Below are positions 40,549 through 49,287 of a stretch of 64,000 nt of DNA, piece after piece. Each line of letters opens with the position of its first letter. Within the stretch, counting starts at the first letter, position 1. This DNA comes from Candidatus Omnitrophota bacterium (lineage in GTDB: Bacteria; Ratteibacteria; UBA8468; MWAK01): NCBI GenBank assembly GCA_043797665.1, contig JAZDPL010000089.1:33972-97971 (forward strand). The letters are read 5' to 3'. The position numbers and the translations under genes were made by a program. The notes under the pieces were generated by a model. It searched no databases. It was not told the DNA's origin and saw only the letters and a program-made list of their open reading frames with translations.

Positions 40549-41583
40549 CTAACGAGCGTTCACTGAAAAAGATGGGACAGCATACCTGACAGATTTGTAC
40601 TGACCCACCCTGACAACCACACCGTATTTAATAAGTGGCTTAAGTACATAATGTGCACCGGGAATGGTTGTTCTGATTGCTCTGGCTATATCACGAATGC
40701 TCATTATTCCTCGCTCCTGCAGAATCCGTAAAAGTTTTTCCTGTTTCAGAGTAAGTGATATATGTGTTTGTGTGGTAATACCGGTTGATAATATGCGGCT
40801 ATAAACTCTTTCCAGGGCTTCCAATATTGTTTCTGACATAAATTCTAACCATGCTTCAAGTGGATATTTTTCTACCTGAACCCGTTGGAGGTTTTTAATA
40901 TAAAGATTTCGGTTTTCAAGCAGGACCTCATCAAGCGAAAAGATATGCAATGTATCAAACCCTCTGTGGTATAATTCCCAGGTTGCCAGTGCTCTTGCAC
41001 ATCTGCCATTGCCGTCCCTGAAAGGGTGAATATTTACAAACTGTAAATGTAACAACGAGGAAGTAAAAACAGCAGGAATTTCTTTTGACTTATTATTTAA
41101 CCAATCGAGCAATTCTTTCATTAAACCAGGAACCTGCCGTCGGTTAGGAGCGGAATAAATACCGGCGGTTACATTTACTCTCCTGTACTCACCGATCGGG
41201 CCTTCGTCAACAGCGTCTGCCGCTATAATCTTATGAATCTGCATAATGTCTTTTTCCAGTAAAACAGATTTCTTTTCATTTTTGGTTACCCATTGAATCG
41301 CATCTATATAATTCTTAGCCATTCTGATATGTTTCTCAGGATAACCGAAAACTTTTTTGCCTTCAAACAACGATTTCACTGCATCCATGGAAAGTGTGCA
41401 CCCTTCTATGGCTGTGGAACCATGAGCAGAACGAATTACAGCATCACGAATTAACGATGGCATCCAGGCAAGTTTTACACTTGACGTCTCTATTTTTGAA
41501 CGAAGTTCGGTGATTTTTTCTAATAGTCCTAACGTTCTATTATTAATCTTGAAAATGGGTTGCCACATGTCATCCTCTTGCAT
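40549..41583 (-). CDS. Fic family protein with C-terminal HTH
   Basis: Motifs HPFRDGNGRCAR and STAIEG. It is a paralog of 27866-28891, sharing YHRGFDT.HIF.LDE. Confidence 0.95.
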   Translation of the reverse strand: MQEDDMWQPIFKINNRTLGLLEKITELRSKIETSSVKLAWMPSLIRDAVIRSAHGSTAIEGCTLSMDAVKSLFEGKKVFGYPEKHIRMAKNYIDAIQWVTKNEKKSVLLEKDIMQIHKIIAADAVDEGPIGEYRRVNVTAGIYSAPNRRQVPGLMKELLDWLNNKSKEIPAVFTSSLLHLQFVNIHPFRDGNGRCARALATWELYHRGFDTLHIFSLDEVLLENRNLYIKNLQRVQVEKYPLEAWLEFMSETILEALERVYSRILSTGITTQTHISLTLKQEKLLRILQERGIMSIRDIARAIRTTIPGAHYVLKPLIKYGVVVRVGQYKSVRYAVPSFSVNAR

Positions 41584-42056
41584 AAAGTTTACATAAAGTG
41601 TTGCCTAAAGTCAAATGGCAGGAAGAAAATAACTTTCGACTTTTCAACGTTAATCTAAAATAGGGAAGGTCAGTACGTCGCTACGGCGGCAATGCTCGGG
41701 TGGCAGGACAGCTTTAGAACCTATGATTGGGCTAAAGCGTTCCCTTATCCCGAAGTGAGTTTATCACAAATTAGGCAATTATTGGCACTCGCCTGATATT
41801 TCGGGGGGAATTCTTCCCCTACCCTGTCACTCACTATATCTCTATTTTGGTGGCTCACTTACCCCCACCATCCAGTCGCAATTAGTTTTTCCCGTGCAAT
41901 TTTAATTGACAAATAGTTACACCGGAGTAAAATATGATAGATAATGGTATCAGGCTAAAATATCTCTTTTTGATGGGCAAATAGAGGATGTCAGTTAATG
42001 ACTGTGGATTTTCTTAAGGAGAGCTTCGGTGACCTTAAAAGGAATAAGGCGGTGGA

Positions 42057-43076
42057 ATGAAAAAACTGAAAATCCGTGAGTTAACCATTGAAGTTATCTC
42101 CCTGTTGATTGTCTTCTCAGCCGGGTTCCTTGTCGCCCATAAAGTCGCCGGCAGAACCGGCAGCGTGTGGTTGGGAATTTTAGCGGGCTCGCTAACCTTC
42201 CTGGGAATCTTTTACGGGTTAACTCAACTGGTGAATCGAACCTGTCACCCGGCCAGAAGGAATCCCCTTTCCAATCCATCGGCAGAACCCTCGGGAACGG
42301 CTGCCCCTCTAAATGCGGGGGAGGCAGTCGGCTTTCTGCTTCTCTTCCTGGTCGGATACCTTACCGGACACTTCGTCGCCGGCCGGAGCGGCAGCGTGTG
42401 GTGGGGAGTTCTGGCCGGTTCGCTCACCCTCATAGTAATATTCGTTGCCTTGATACGGCTTTATCTGCGGATACAGGCCGGACCGTCAACTTCCGCACCT
42501 TCGTCTCCATCATCTCCGGACCAGGAACTCGCCTGGGCAGAACCAAGAGCCTTTAGAAGCGCGGACCTGGAGGATTCCAAAAAGTGGGTGTTTAACATGG
42601 TCCTCCTGATTGCCGGTGTCGCCCTTATCTTCATCTGTATCGCCAACCGGTTTGGGGCCGGGGCGGAGGTAACCCGAAAACTTTTGATAACCGCCGGAGG
42701 CCTCATCGCGTACTTCTTCGTCCTTCTTGGTTACACCAGGCTGATGAGCATCATCGTAAAGATTACCGACAAGGCCGTTGTCCGGGAGATGGGCGACTCT
42801 CCGGCCGTCTACCAGTTTGGAACCATTGACCATTGCGAAATCGGCCGGATGATGGTCAAGAACCAGATATACTCTATACTTGTGGTCGCACTCAAGCAAG
42901 GCGACCGGGAACTGTTCTGCGTTCATCCCTCAATTTCAACCGACGTTCTGCGCTCAACACTGGAACACCGGGGAGTGAACGTCGTGATAAGGACCGACAT
43001 GTTGAGCGAGGAAGCCCTCAAAAGCGAGGATGGAGACCCCCTCGTGATTCAGCAGCGGGCCGGGAACAGACCGTAG
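42057..43076 (+). CDS. Hypothetical membrane protein with an internally duplicated TM hairpin
   Basis: The segments VAGRTGSVWLGILAGSLT and VAGRSGSVWWGVLAGSLT are duplicates. Confidence 0.7.
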   Translation: MKKLKIRELTIEVISLLIVFSAGFLVAHKVAGRTGSVWLGILAGSLTFLGIFYGLTQLVNRTCHPARRNPLSNPSAEPSGTAAPLNAGEAVGFLLLFLVGYLTGHFVAGRSGSVWWGVLAGSLTLIVIFVALIRLYLRIQAGPSTSAPSSPSSPDQELAWAEPRAFRSADLEDSKKWVFNMVLLIAGVALIFICIANRFGAGAEVTRKLLITAGGLIAYFFVLLGYTRLMSIIVKITDKAVVREMGDSPAVYQFGTIDHCEIGRMMVKNQIYSILVVALKQGDRELFCVHPSISTDVLRSTLEHRGVNVVIRTDMLSEEALKSEDGDPLVIQQRAGNRP

Positions 43077-43486
43077 TTACCCTACAAAAATTGATTTTTT
43101 ACAAAATACAGGATAAGAGTTTAATTCCATTTTTCCGTAGTGAGATTTTGATGCATTTTTAGAGGCAGTCCAAAATAAAAAAATAGGTGGGTTATGATAA
43201 CCAAAAACTCGTGGCTCCGCCTCGTGAACAACGTTAGAACTATCCTTCAACGGTCAAATGAGTATATTCACATACCCGATTTGGCGCCATGAGATTAGTT
43301 TGTCTTAATTGTAGAAATTCACCCTACCCTGCCACTCACTATATCTCTATTTTGGTGGCTCACATTCCCCACCATACAGTTGCAATTGACGTTGACCCTA
43401 TCTTGACCCGGTTTTTGCGAGGTGGTAACATTTGGGTAAATTGGGAAAAATCTTTCGTGAACTTAATGGACGCTAATATTTAAAAA

Positions 43487-44548
43487 ATGAAACTTGAAGA
43501 TTTAGGTTATGGTACATTTGAGTCCAACCTGAAAAAATTGGATTTGGATGGCTGTTTAGTTGCACGAGTTATTGCCGAATATAAAGAGGCTTACAGAGTA
43601 AGAAGCGTAACCGGAGAATATCTGGCAAAAATAACCGGAAAACAAATGTTTAATGCTCTGTCGAGGGCAGACTATCCTGCTGTGGGTGATTGGGTGGCCA
43701 TAACCGAATTAAATAAAGAACAAGCGGTAATCAATAGAATATTGCCAAGGAAAACTATATTAAGAAGAAAGTACAGCAACAAACAAGAAAGTCAGATTAT
43801 TGCGACAAATATTGACGTTGCGTTCGTTATCGAATCCGTTGACAGGGATTATAATCTCAATCGTTTTGAAAGATATTTTGTTTTGGCAAGAGATGGGAAC
43901 ATCAAACCGGCTATTGTATTAAATAAAATCGATTTGGTTTCAGACGCAGAATTGAACTTAAAAATGGACCAAATAAAAGACAGATTTAACGATGTCGATA
44001 TTATTCTAACCAGCGCTATTGCTGAACGGGGGTTAGATAAATTAATGAGATACATAATAAGGGGGAAAACATATTGTTTCCTTGGTTCGTCCGGGGTGGG
44101 AAAATCGTCGTTGATAAACAAATTACTGGGAAGGAACTCCATAAAAATTAGAGAGATAAGCCGTCGTACCGGAAGAGGTAAGCATGCTACTACAAGTAGA
44201 GAAATATATTTTTTGGAAAACGGAGGAATCGTAATTGATAATCCAGGAATGAGAGAAGTTGGTATGGCGGACTCGGGTGCTGGAATAGAGGATGTATTTG
44301 ATGAAATAACCTCTTTATCAAAAAATTGTAAATATGTTAATTGTACACATACGCACGAGCCGGGTTGCGCCGTCTTGGACGCCGTTAAATCCAAAGAGTT
44401 GGATGAGAATAAATATTCGAATTACGTTAAACTGAAAAAGGAAACCGAATATTATAGTATGACAGAACTTGAAAAAAGAAGAAAAGACCGCCAGTTTGGA
44501 AAATTTGTGAAAAAGACTTTGGAGCAATTAAAGAAATACGAAACCTGA
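43487..44548 (+). CDS. rsgA: Ribosome small subunit-dependent GTPase A
   Basis: Motifs AVGDWV, NKID, GSSGVGKSSLIN, GKHATT, DNPG and CKYVNCTHTHEPGCAV. Confidence 0.95.
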   Translation: MKLEDLGYGTFESNLKKLDLDGCLVARVIAEYKEAYRVRSVTGEYLAKITGKQMFNALSRADYPAVGDWVAITELNKEQAVINRILPRKTILRRKYSNKQESQIIATNIDVAFVIESVDRDYNLNRFERYFVLARDGNIKPAIVLNKIDLVSDAELNLKMDQIKDRFNDVDIILTSAIAERGLDKLMRYIIRGKTYCFLGSSGVGKSSLINKLLGRNSIKIREISRRTGRGKHATTSREIYFLENGGIVIDNPGMREVGMADSGAGIEDVFDEITSLSKNCKYVNCTHTHEPGCAVLDAVKSKELDENKYSNYVKLKKETEYYSMTELEKRRKDRQFGKFVKKTLEQLKKYET

Positions 44549-44856
44549 TTATTGGATTCTAACGTTTTGTTAGGGGGTCTCTGGAAATGCAGGAACAGTG
44601 CGGTTCTTGGGTTTGGCTCCGCCTCGTGGACAACGTTAGAACTATACTTCAACGGTCAAATGAGTATATTCACATACCAGATTTAGCACCACAAGTTTAG
44701 TTTGTCTTAATTATAGAAATCCACCCTACCGCGCCACTCACTATATCTCTATTTTGATGGTTCACTTACCCCACCATCCAGTCGCAAGTAATTACTGATA
44801 ACGGTCAACGAATTTGACTACCCATAGAGAAGGTGGTATGCTTTAAGAGGTGAAAA

Positions 44857-45075
44857 ATGAAACCGATAGATTATACTCCGATTGAAAAAAAGGAAAAGTA
44901 CCGGGGCAAGTTTCTTGCCGTAAAAGAATCACGTGGCAAAGTTACAGTCATCGCTTTTGGTAAGGATCTAAAGAAAGTCATTGACGAAGCCCGGGCCAAA
45001 GGGTGTAAAGTACCCCACATTACCAGGGTAGCGGCAAAAAGACCCACCGCCGTTGTCTTTTACAATGCTTCTTAA
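44857..45075 (+). CDS. DUF5678-like small protein
   Basis: Pattern KYRGKFLAV..VIAFGKD. It is a paralog of 32631. Confidence 0.75.
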   Translation: MKPIDYTPIEKKEKYRGKFLAVKESRGKVTVIAFGKDLKKVIDEARAKGCKVPHITRVAAKRPTAVVFYNAS

Positions 45076-45463
45076 ATTCCCTTACGTTTCCAGAGGGGGA
45101 ATTTACCGGCCCGTCATTCCCGTGTCTTTTCCCACTTCCGGCAACGGCCGATTCGTGACAGACGGCTTAATTGATTCTGGAGCGCCGTGGTGTCTTTTTC
45201 CGGGCCACGTTGCAACAGTCCTCGGTCACAACACCTCAAAAGGACGGCGGCCGCACCGAATGATAATAGGGGGGTCGCAGGTTCTGTCTTACCTGCATAA
45301 AACAAAGGTTTGGGTGGAAGGAAAAGACTTTCTCTGGGACATCTACTTCTCGCACGATATTGACGATTGGGAATTCGGGGTATTAGGCCAGGAGCCCTTC
45401 TTTTCAAACTTCCAGATTACTTTTAACTACCCGAAGAAAGAAATTGTTTTAGAGCCCCTTTAA
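45065..45463 (+). CDS. Retropepsin-like aspartic protease
   Basis: Motifs RPVIPV, GLIDSGA and GVLGQ..FF. Confidence 0.85.
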   Translation: MLLKFPYVSRGGIYRPVIPVSFPTSGNGRFVTDGLIDSGAPWCLFPGHVATVLGHNTSKGRRPHRMIIGGSQVLSYLHKTKVWVEGKDFLWDIYFSHDIDDWEFGVLGQEPFFSNFQITFNYPKKEIVLEPL

Positions 45464-45507
45464 ACCATCAATCTCTTCTTCCATTTTATTCAAGTCATTG
45501 CGGACCC

Positions 45508-46494
45508 TTACGCCGCATTTTTACAGAATACTTTTATTATTTCAAAAAGAAACAATCTTCTTATAGCATCATATCCACGGTCATTCGGGTCTTCAAAATT
45601 GCAAAAGTACCAATAATGAGGGTCTTCTTTTCGGTAATACCTGTTGTGCTTGTCTCTGCAATGAATTCCATGTCCCAAGAAAGACGAATATATGTCTACC
45701 AGGTGGACATTTTCATAAGAACTGCATACTTCAGAAATGATTCCGTTGAATAAAGCAAGTACCTTTAATCCATCCGGCCATGGGGTGAGTTGAAAACCCG
45801 CGTTCTTTATATTGCCGAGGCCAATTCCATCAGTCGGATCGTACACATTTGCCACAAAGATCTCGCAACCACCTGGAAATTTACCGATAACTCCTTCAAT
45901 AACGCCTTTAAGCCTGTTTCTGAAACTATTTTCCCATTTCAATGCTTCCTGATACGTACAACCATACATTGCTCCGTCTCTTGGCGGTGATTTCCCGTAA
46001 TCATGGATGAGGTCATTGCCTCCAGTGGTAATCACGACGATTCCCTTCACGCTGGCAGGAAAAACCTCTATTTGTGGAATCTGATTCCTCAGGTGTTCTT
46101 CTGAAACTGTATAGTTCTCAGAATAATTGGAAAATTTCAGATTTGGAAAAACATGCTTCAAATCACGGCCTTTCATATCCGGATATTGAGAATCATCATT
46201 TTCTGTTAAAAGCTCAAAATAGCTGTGTTTTTCAGAAGACCCAAAACCTTTTGTAATGCTATCCCCCAAACCAAGAAGAATTATCTTGTCGGCTGACCAA
46301 ATATGTTTGAAGGGAACAATGTTGATCGAAGGACCCGCAGGACCGGTGCCGGCAGGAAGGTAGAATCTTCCCACCAGGCAATGCCAGCATAAAATAAATA
46401 AAGTAAATAGTACAACTCCAATTTGCCATCGGAACGAATACCATTTTAATTTTTTCTTAACACTTAATCCTTTTTTTCTCATGCTTCCGAACAT
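45508..46494 (-). CDS. SGNH/GDSL hydrolase family protein
   Basis: Motifs LGDSIT, GGNDL and DPNDRGY (the His of DxxH is apparently replaced). Confidence 0.85.
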   Translation of the reverse strand: MFGSMRKKGLSVKKKLKWYSFRWQIGVVLFTLFILCWHCLVGRFYLPAGTGPAGPSINIVPFKHIWSADKIILLGLGDSITKGFGSSEKHSYFELLTENDDSQYPDMKGRDLKHVFPNLKFSNYSENYTVSEEHLRNQIPQIEVFPASVKGIVVITTGGNDLIHDYGKSPPRDGAMYGCTYQEALKWENSFRNRLKGVIEGVIGKFPGGCEIFVANVYDPTDGIGLGNIKNAGFQLTPWPDGLKVLALFNGIISEVCSSYENVHLVDIYSSFLGHGIHCRDKHNRYYRKEDPHYWYFCNFEDPNDRGYDAIRRLFLFEIIKVFCKNAA

Positions 46495-46831
46495 TTCTGA
46501 ATCTGGACTGAAACAAATGCCGGGTTTAGAAAACCCGGCGTCTTGCGGTTTTCAACTCCTTACCCTCAACTAATGTTAGCACAGGTCAAAACCTTTTTAC
46601 AACCGTCACTATAGGTACCCGACATTTCGGGTAAGGTTGCCAAAGCCTTTATCTACCAACGGCTTCCAACTGTTACATACCCCACCGTGCCGTCGCAATT
46701 AATGTGGCTTTAGGAAGTTGACCTTAGAACACAGGAAGAAGTACAATCTGGAAGGGAAAACATTGCCCAAACAAGCAGCCCAGACAGGTTATCTCTAACC
46801 TGTCTGTCCAAGGATAGGGGTTCACTACAAA

Positions 46832-47863
46832 ATGCCTCAAACTAAAATAATTTGCACTTTAGGTCCGGCGTCAAACCAAGCGGGTGTCCTCCTCAAAATG
46901 ATGCGTGGGGGAATGGATGTGATAAGGTTAAACTTTTCCCACGGAAGCCTCCCGGAACATCTTCATCGGATACATCTGGTAAGAGAACTAAATAAAAAAT
47001 ATCACCGGCAGATAAAGATATTAGGCGATTTGGAAGGTTATCGGATAAGGGTCGGGAAACTTCAAAGGGGAGCGCCTATTACCGTCAAGAAAAACCAGAC
47101 CGTTTGGTTAACAACCCGGAATATCTCAGGAACCGGTAGTTTCATTCCGTTTGATTATCACGGTCCTTTAGCTTCGGTTAAAAAAGGCCAGCATATTTAT
47201 ATTGATGATGGTAACATTTCCTTGCTGGTTGAATCTTGCGAGGAAAAGTGTTTGAAAACCAGGGTGATTATTCCGGGATTAATCAAAGAACGTAAAGGAA
47301 TTAACATGCCGGGTGTTCCGTTAAACTTTAAAGGGTTGCTACCAAAAGATAAGGAAGATATCAACTTTTGCATAAAAAATAAAATCGACTATATCGCACA
47401 GTCTTTTGTAAGGAACAAAGCCGATATTCTCATCCTGAGAGAATATCTCACGAATTGTCCGCATAAATTACAGATCATTGCAAAAATTGAGAATAGGGAG
47501 GGCATTAGAAACGTTAAAGCGATAATCAAAGTTTCCGACGGGATTATGATTGCCAGGGGTGATATGGGCGTATCCGTCCCAATATACGAAGTTCCTGTAA
47601 TTCAAAAAGAGATCATTAAAAAATGTAACCGGTCAAAAAAATTTGTCATTACCGCTACGCAAATGTTGGAAAGCATGACCGAAAACCGTATCCCTACAAG
47701 AGCGGAAATTTCAGACGTAGCCAATGCCATACTGGATGGATCGGATTATCTAATGCTTTCTGCGGAGACTGCAATTGGATTGTATCCTGCAGAGTGTGTT
47801 GAGGTAATGAACGAAACAATTAAGTTTACAGAAAAGTATATTTCCAATCACGGGACCGCGTGA
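46832..47863 (+). CDS. pyk: Pyruvate kinase, short form lacking the C-terminal regulatory domain
   Basis: Motifs TKIICTLGPA, RLNFSHG, AKIE, MIARGDMG, ATQMLESM and MLSAETA. Confidence 0.93.
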   Translation: MPQTKIICTLGPASNQAGVLLKMMRGGMDVIRLNFSHGSLPEHLHRIHLVRELNKKYHRQIKILGDLEGYRIRVGKLQRGAPITVKKNQTVWLTTRNISGTGSFIPFDYHGPLASVKKGQHIYIDDGNISLLVESCEEKCLKTRVIIPGLIKERKGINMPGVPLNFKGLLPKDKEDINFCIKNKIDYIAQSFVRNKADILILREYLTNCPHKLQIIAKIENREGIRNVKAIIKVSDGIMIARGDMGVSVPIYEVPVIQKEIIKKCNRSKKFVITATQMLESMTENRIPTRAEISDVANAILDGSDYLMLSAETAIGLYPAECVEVMNETIKFTEKYISNHGTA

Positions 47864-47883
47864 TCCACCAAAGGTGGGTTTAG

Positions 47884-47955
47884 CTCCGGTGGTAGGATTC
47901 GAACCTACAACCTACTGGTTAACAGCCAGCCGCGCTACCCTTGCGCTACACCGGA
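47884..47955 (-). tRNA. tRNA-Asn(GTT), 3' end GCTA rather than GCCA
   Basis: Cloverleaf TCCGGTG...CTGGCTGTTAACCAG...GGTTCGAATCC..CACCGGAG. Confidence 0.95.
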
Positions 47956-48011
47956 AATGGGATATACCTTATGCCCTGGATTCCTGCTTAAAACATGCAG
48001 GAATGACAGAG

Positions 48012-48509
48012 TTAAAGCTGGAAACGGCGGTGTTTCTGGAAATACGGAACCAGACCTCCTTCGGAAAGGATGCCCAGCATTATCTTGGGCAAAGGCTTAA
48101 ATTTTATCTCGTCTCCCCGGCTGAGATTGACTAATTTTCCCTGGCTGAAGTCCACCTCTATCCGGTCGCCGTCTTTAATGCCTGCGGTATCACACTCTAC
48201 CAGAGGCAAGCCGACGTTAATGCTGTTCCGGAAGAATATCCGGGCAAAACTTCCGGCAACCACCACGCTGATTCCGGCATAGAGAATCGCCAGGGGCGCC
48301 TGCTCCCGGCTGCTCCCGCAGCCGAAATTGTTGCCAGCCACGATGATGTCGCCCGGGGCGAGATTTTTGACAAACTCCGGGTCCAAATCCTCCAGAAGGT
48401 GGCCGGCTAATTCCTTTTTGTCCAGCGTCTTGAATTTGTACCGGCCGGAAATGATGTAGTCGGTGTTGATGTCGTCGCCCAAAAGATGGACTTTTCCTTT
48501 TAATATCAC
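48012..48509 (-). CDS. leuD: 3-isopropylmalate dehydratase small subunit (LeuD/HacB type)
   Basis: Motifs [20 protein letters not shown] and SFARIFFRN. Confidence 0.88.
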   Translation of the reverse strand: MILKGKVHLLGDDINTDYIISGRYKFKTLDKKELAGHLLEDLDPEFVKNLAPGDIIVAGNNFGCGSSREQAPLAILYAGISVVVAGSFARIFFRNSINVGLPLVECDTAGIKDGDRIEVDFSQGKLVNLSRGDEIKFKPLPKIMLGILSEGGLVPYFQKHRRFQL

Positions 48510-48590
48510 ATTTTAATTATACAATATGGGTTCGCCGCTTGCCAAATGACGAGATAAAGGATAAAATTTATTGTTTACGGGAGGAGAGAG

Positions 48591-49085
48591 ATGGAAGGGT
48601 TGGAATTACTCAAAAAAAGAAGGAGTGTCAGGCAATACTTGCCCAAGCCGGTTTCTAAGGAGTCGCTGGAGAAGATTGTGGACGCGGGAAGGATGGCCGC
48701 AACCGCAATCAATATCCAGCCCTGGGAGTTTATTGTGGTTACCGACCCGGATAAGCGCAAGGCTATTGCGGAAATTTGCGAATACGGAAAGTTTATCAAG
48801 GATGCGGGTGCCTGCATCGTGGTGGTGGCAAAAGATACCAAATACTATCTGGAAGACGGGGCTGCGGCTACGGAGAATATCCTCCTGGCGGCGACGGAAT
48901 TAGGTTTGGGTTCCTGCTGGGTTGCGGGAGACAAGAAACCTTATGCGGACAAGATTTTGAAACTTTTAGGCGTTCCGGAAGGATATCGGCTGATAAGTTC
49001 TGTTTCCATCGGGTACCCGGCAGGAGAACCAGCGATACCCGCAAAAAGGACGCTGAAAGAAGTTATGCACTGGGAGAAATTTTAG
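48591..49085 (+). CDS. Nitroreductase family protein
   Basis: Motifs RRSVRQY, NIQPWEF and ENILLAATELGLGSCW. Confidence 0.93.
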   Translation: MEGLELLKKRRSVRQYLPKPVSKESLEKIVDAGRMAATAINIQPWEFIVVTDPDKRKAIAEICEYGKFIKDAGACIVVVAKDTKYYLEDGAAATENILLAATELGLGSCWVAGDKKPYADKILKLLGVPEGYRLISSVSIGYPAGEPAIPAKRTLKEVMHWEKF

Positions 49086-49117
49086 ATTCCGCATCAAGTG
49101 CGGAATAACAATTTGTG

Positions 49118-49192
49118 GCGCCTGTAGCTCAACCTGGATAGAGCATCTGCCCTCTAAGCAGAATGTTGGGCGTTCGAGTCGCCCCAGGCGCG
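49118..49192 (+). tRNA. tRNA-Arg(TCT)
   Basis: Acceptor stem GCGCCTG/CAGGCGC, anticodon stem TCTGC/GCAGA around loop CCTCTAA, and T-loop GTTCGAGTC. Confidence 0.9.
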
Positions 49193-49287
49193 CAAGGTAT
49201 GAAACGCAGGCTGAAGCCTGCGACTACCACTGGATTCCCGCTAAAAACATGCGGGAATGACAAAATGGGGTACACGCGGGAATGACA

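Larger units (their letters stand above)
20009..47955 (+). mobile_element. tRNA-Asn-anchored array of gene cassettes separated by att-like recombinase-tail repeats
   Basis: Co-oriented GCTC..(G)GACA(A/G)C(G/T)TTAGAAC sites at 20009, 23207, 30027, 32297, 33348, 34923, 35971, 37306, 40461, 41694, 43214 and 44616. The array ends at the tRNA 3' end (47883). Cargo is accessory-type and of mixed composition. Confidence 0.75.

Noticed and set aside
34861..44642. Classical integron attC sites (TAAC...GTTAG framing)
   Set aside because: Only three sites have the inverse core and internal pairing is poor. Cargo lies in both orientations with its own promoters, there is no intI, and the tRNA and recombinase-tail similarity explains the sites better. 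Not fully excluded without a covariance-model search.
20009..44790. CRISPR array interpretation of the recurring ~27-bp sites
   Set aside because: The sites are kilobases apart with whole genes between them, the copies are degenerate, and no cas genes are present.
47874..48134. ORF MGLAPVVGFEPTTY...
   Set aside because: It is an antisense translation of tRNA-Asn and leuD.
49118..49192. Amber suppressor (CTA) reading of the tRNA
   Set aside because: The 5-bp anticodon stem centres TCT in a 7-nt loop, so CTA is off-register.
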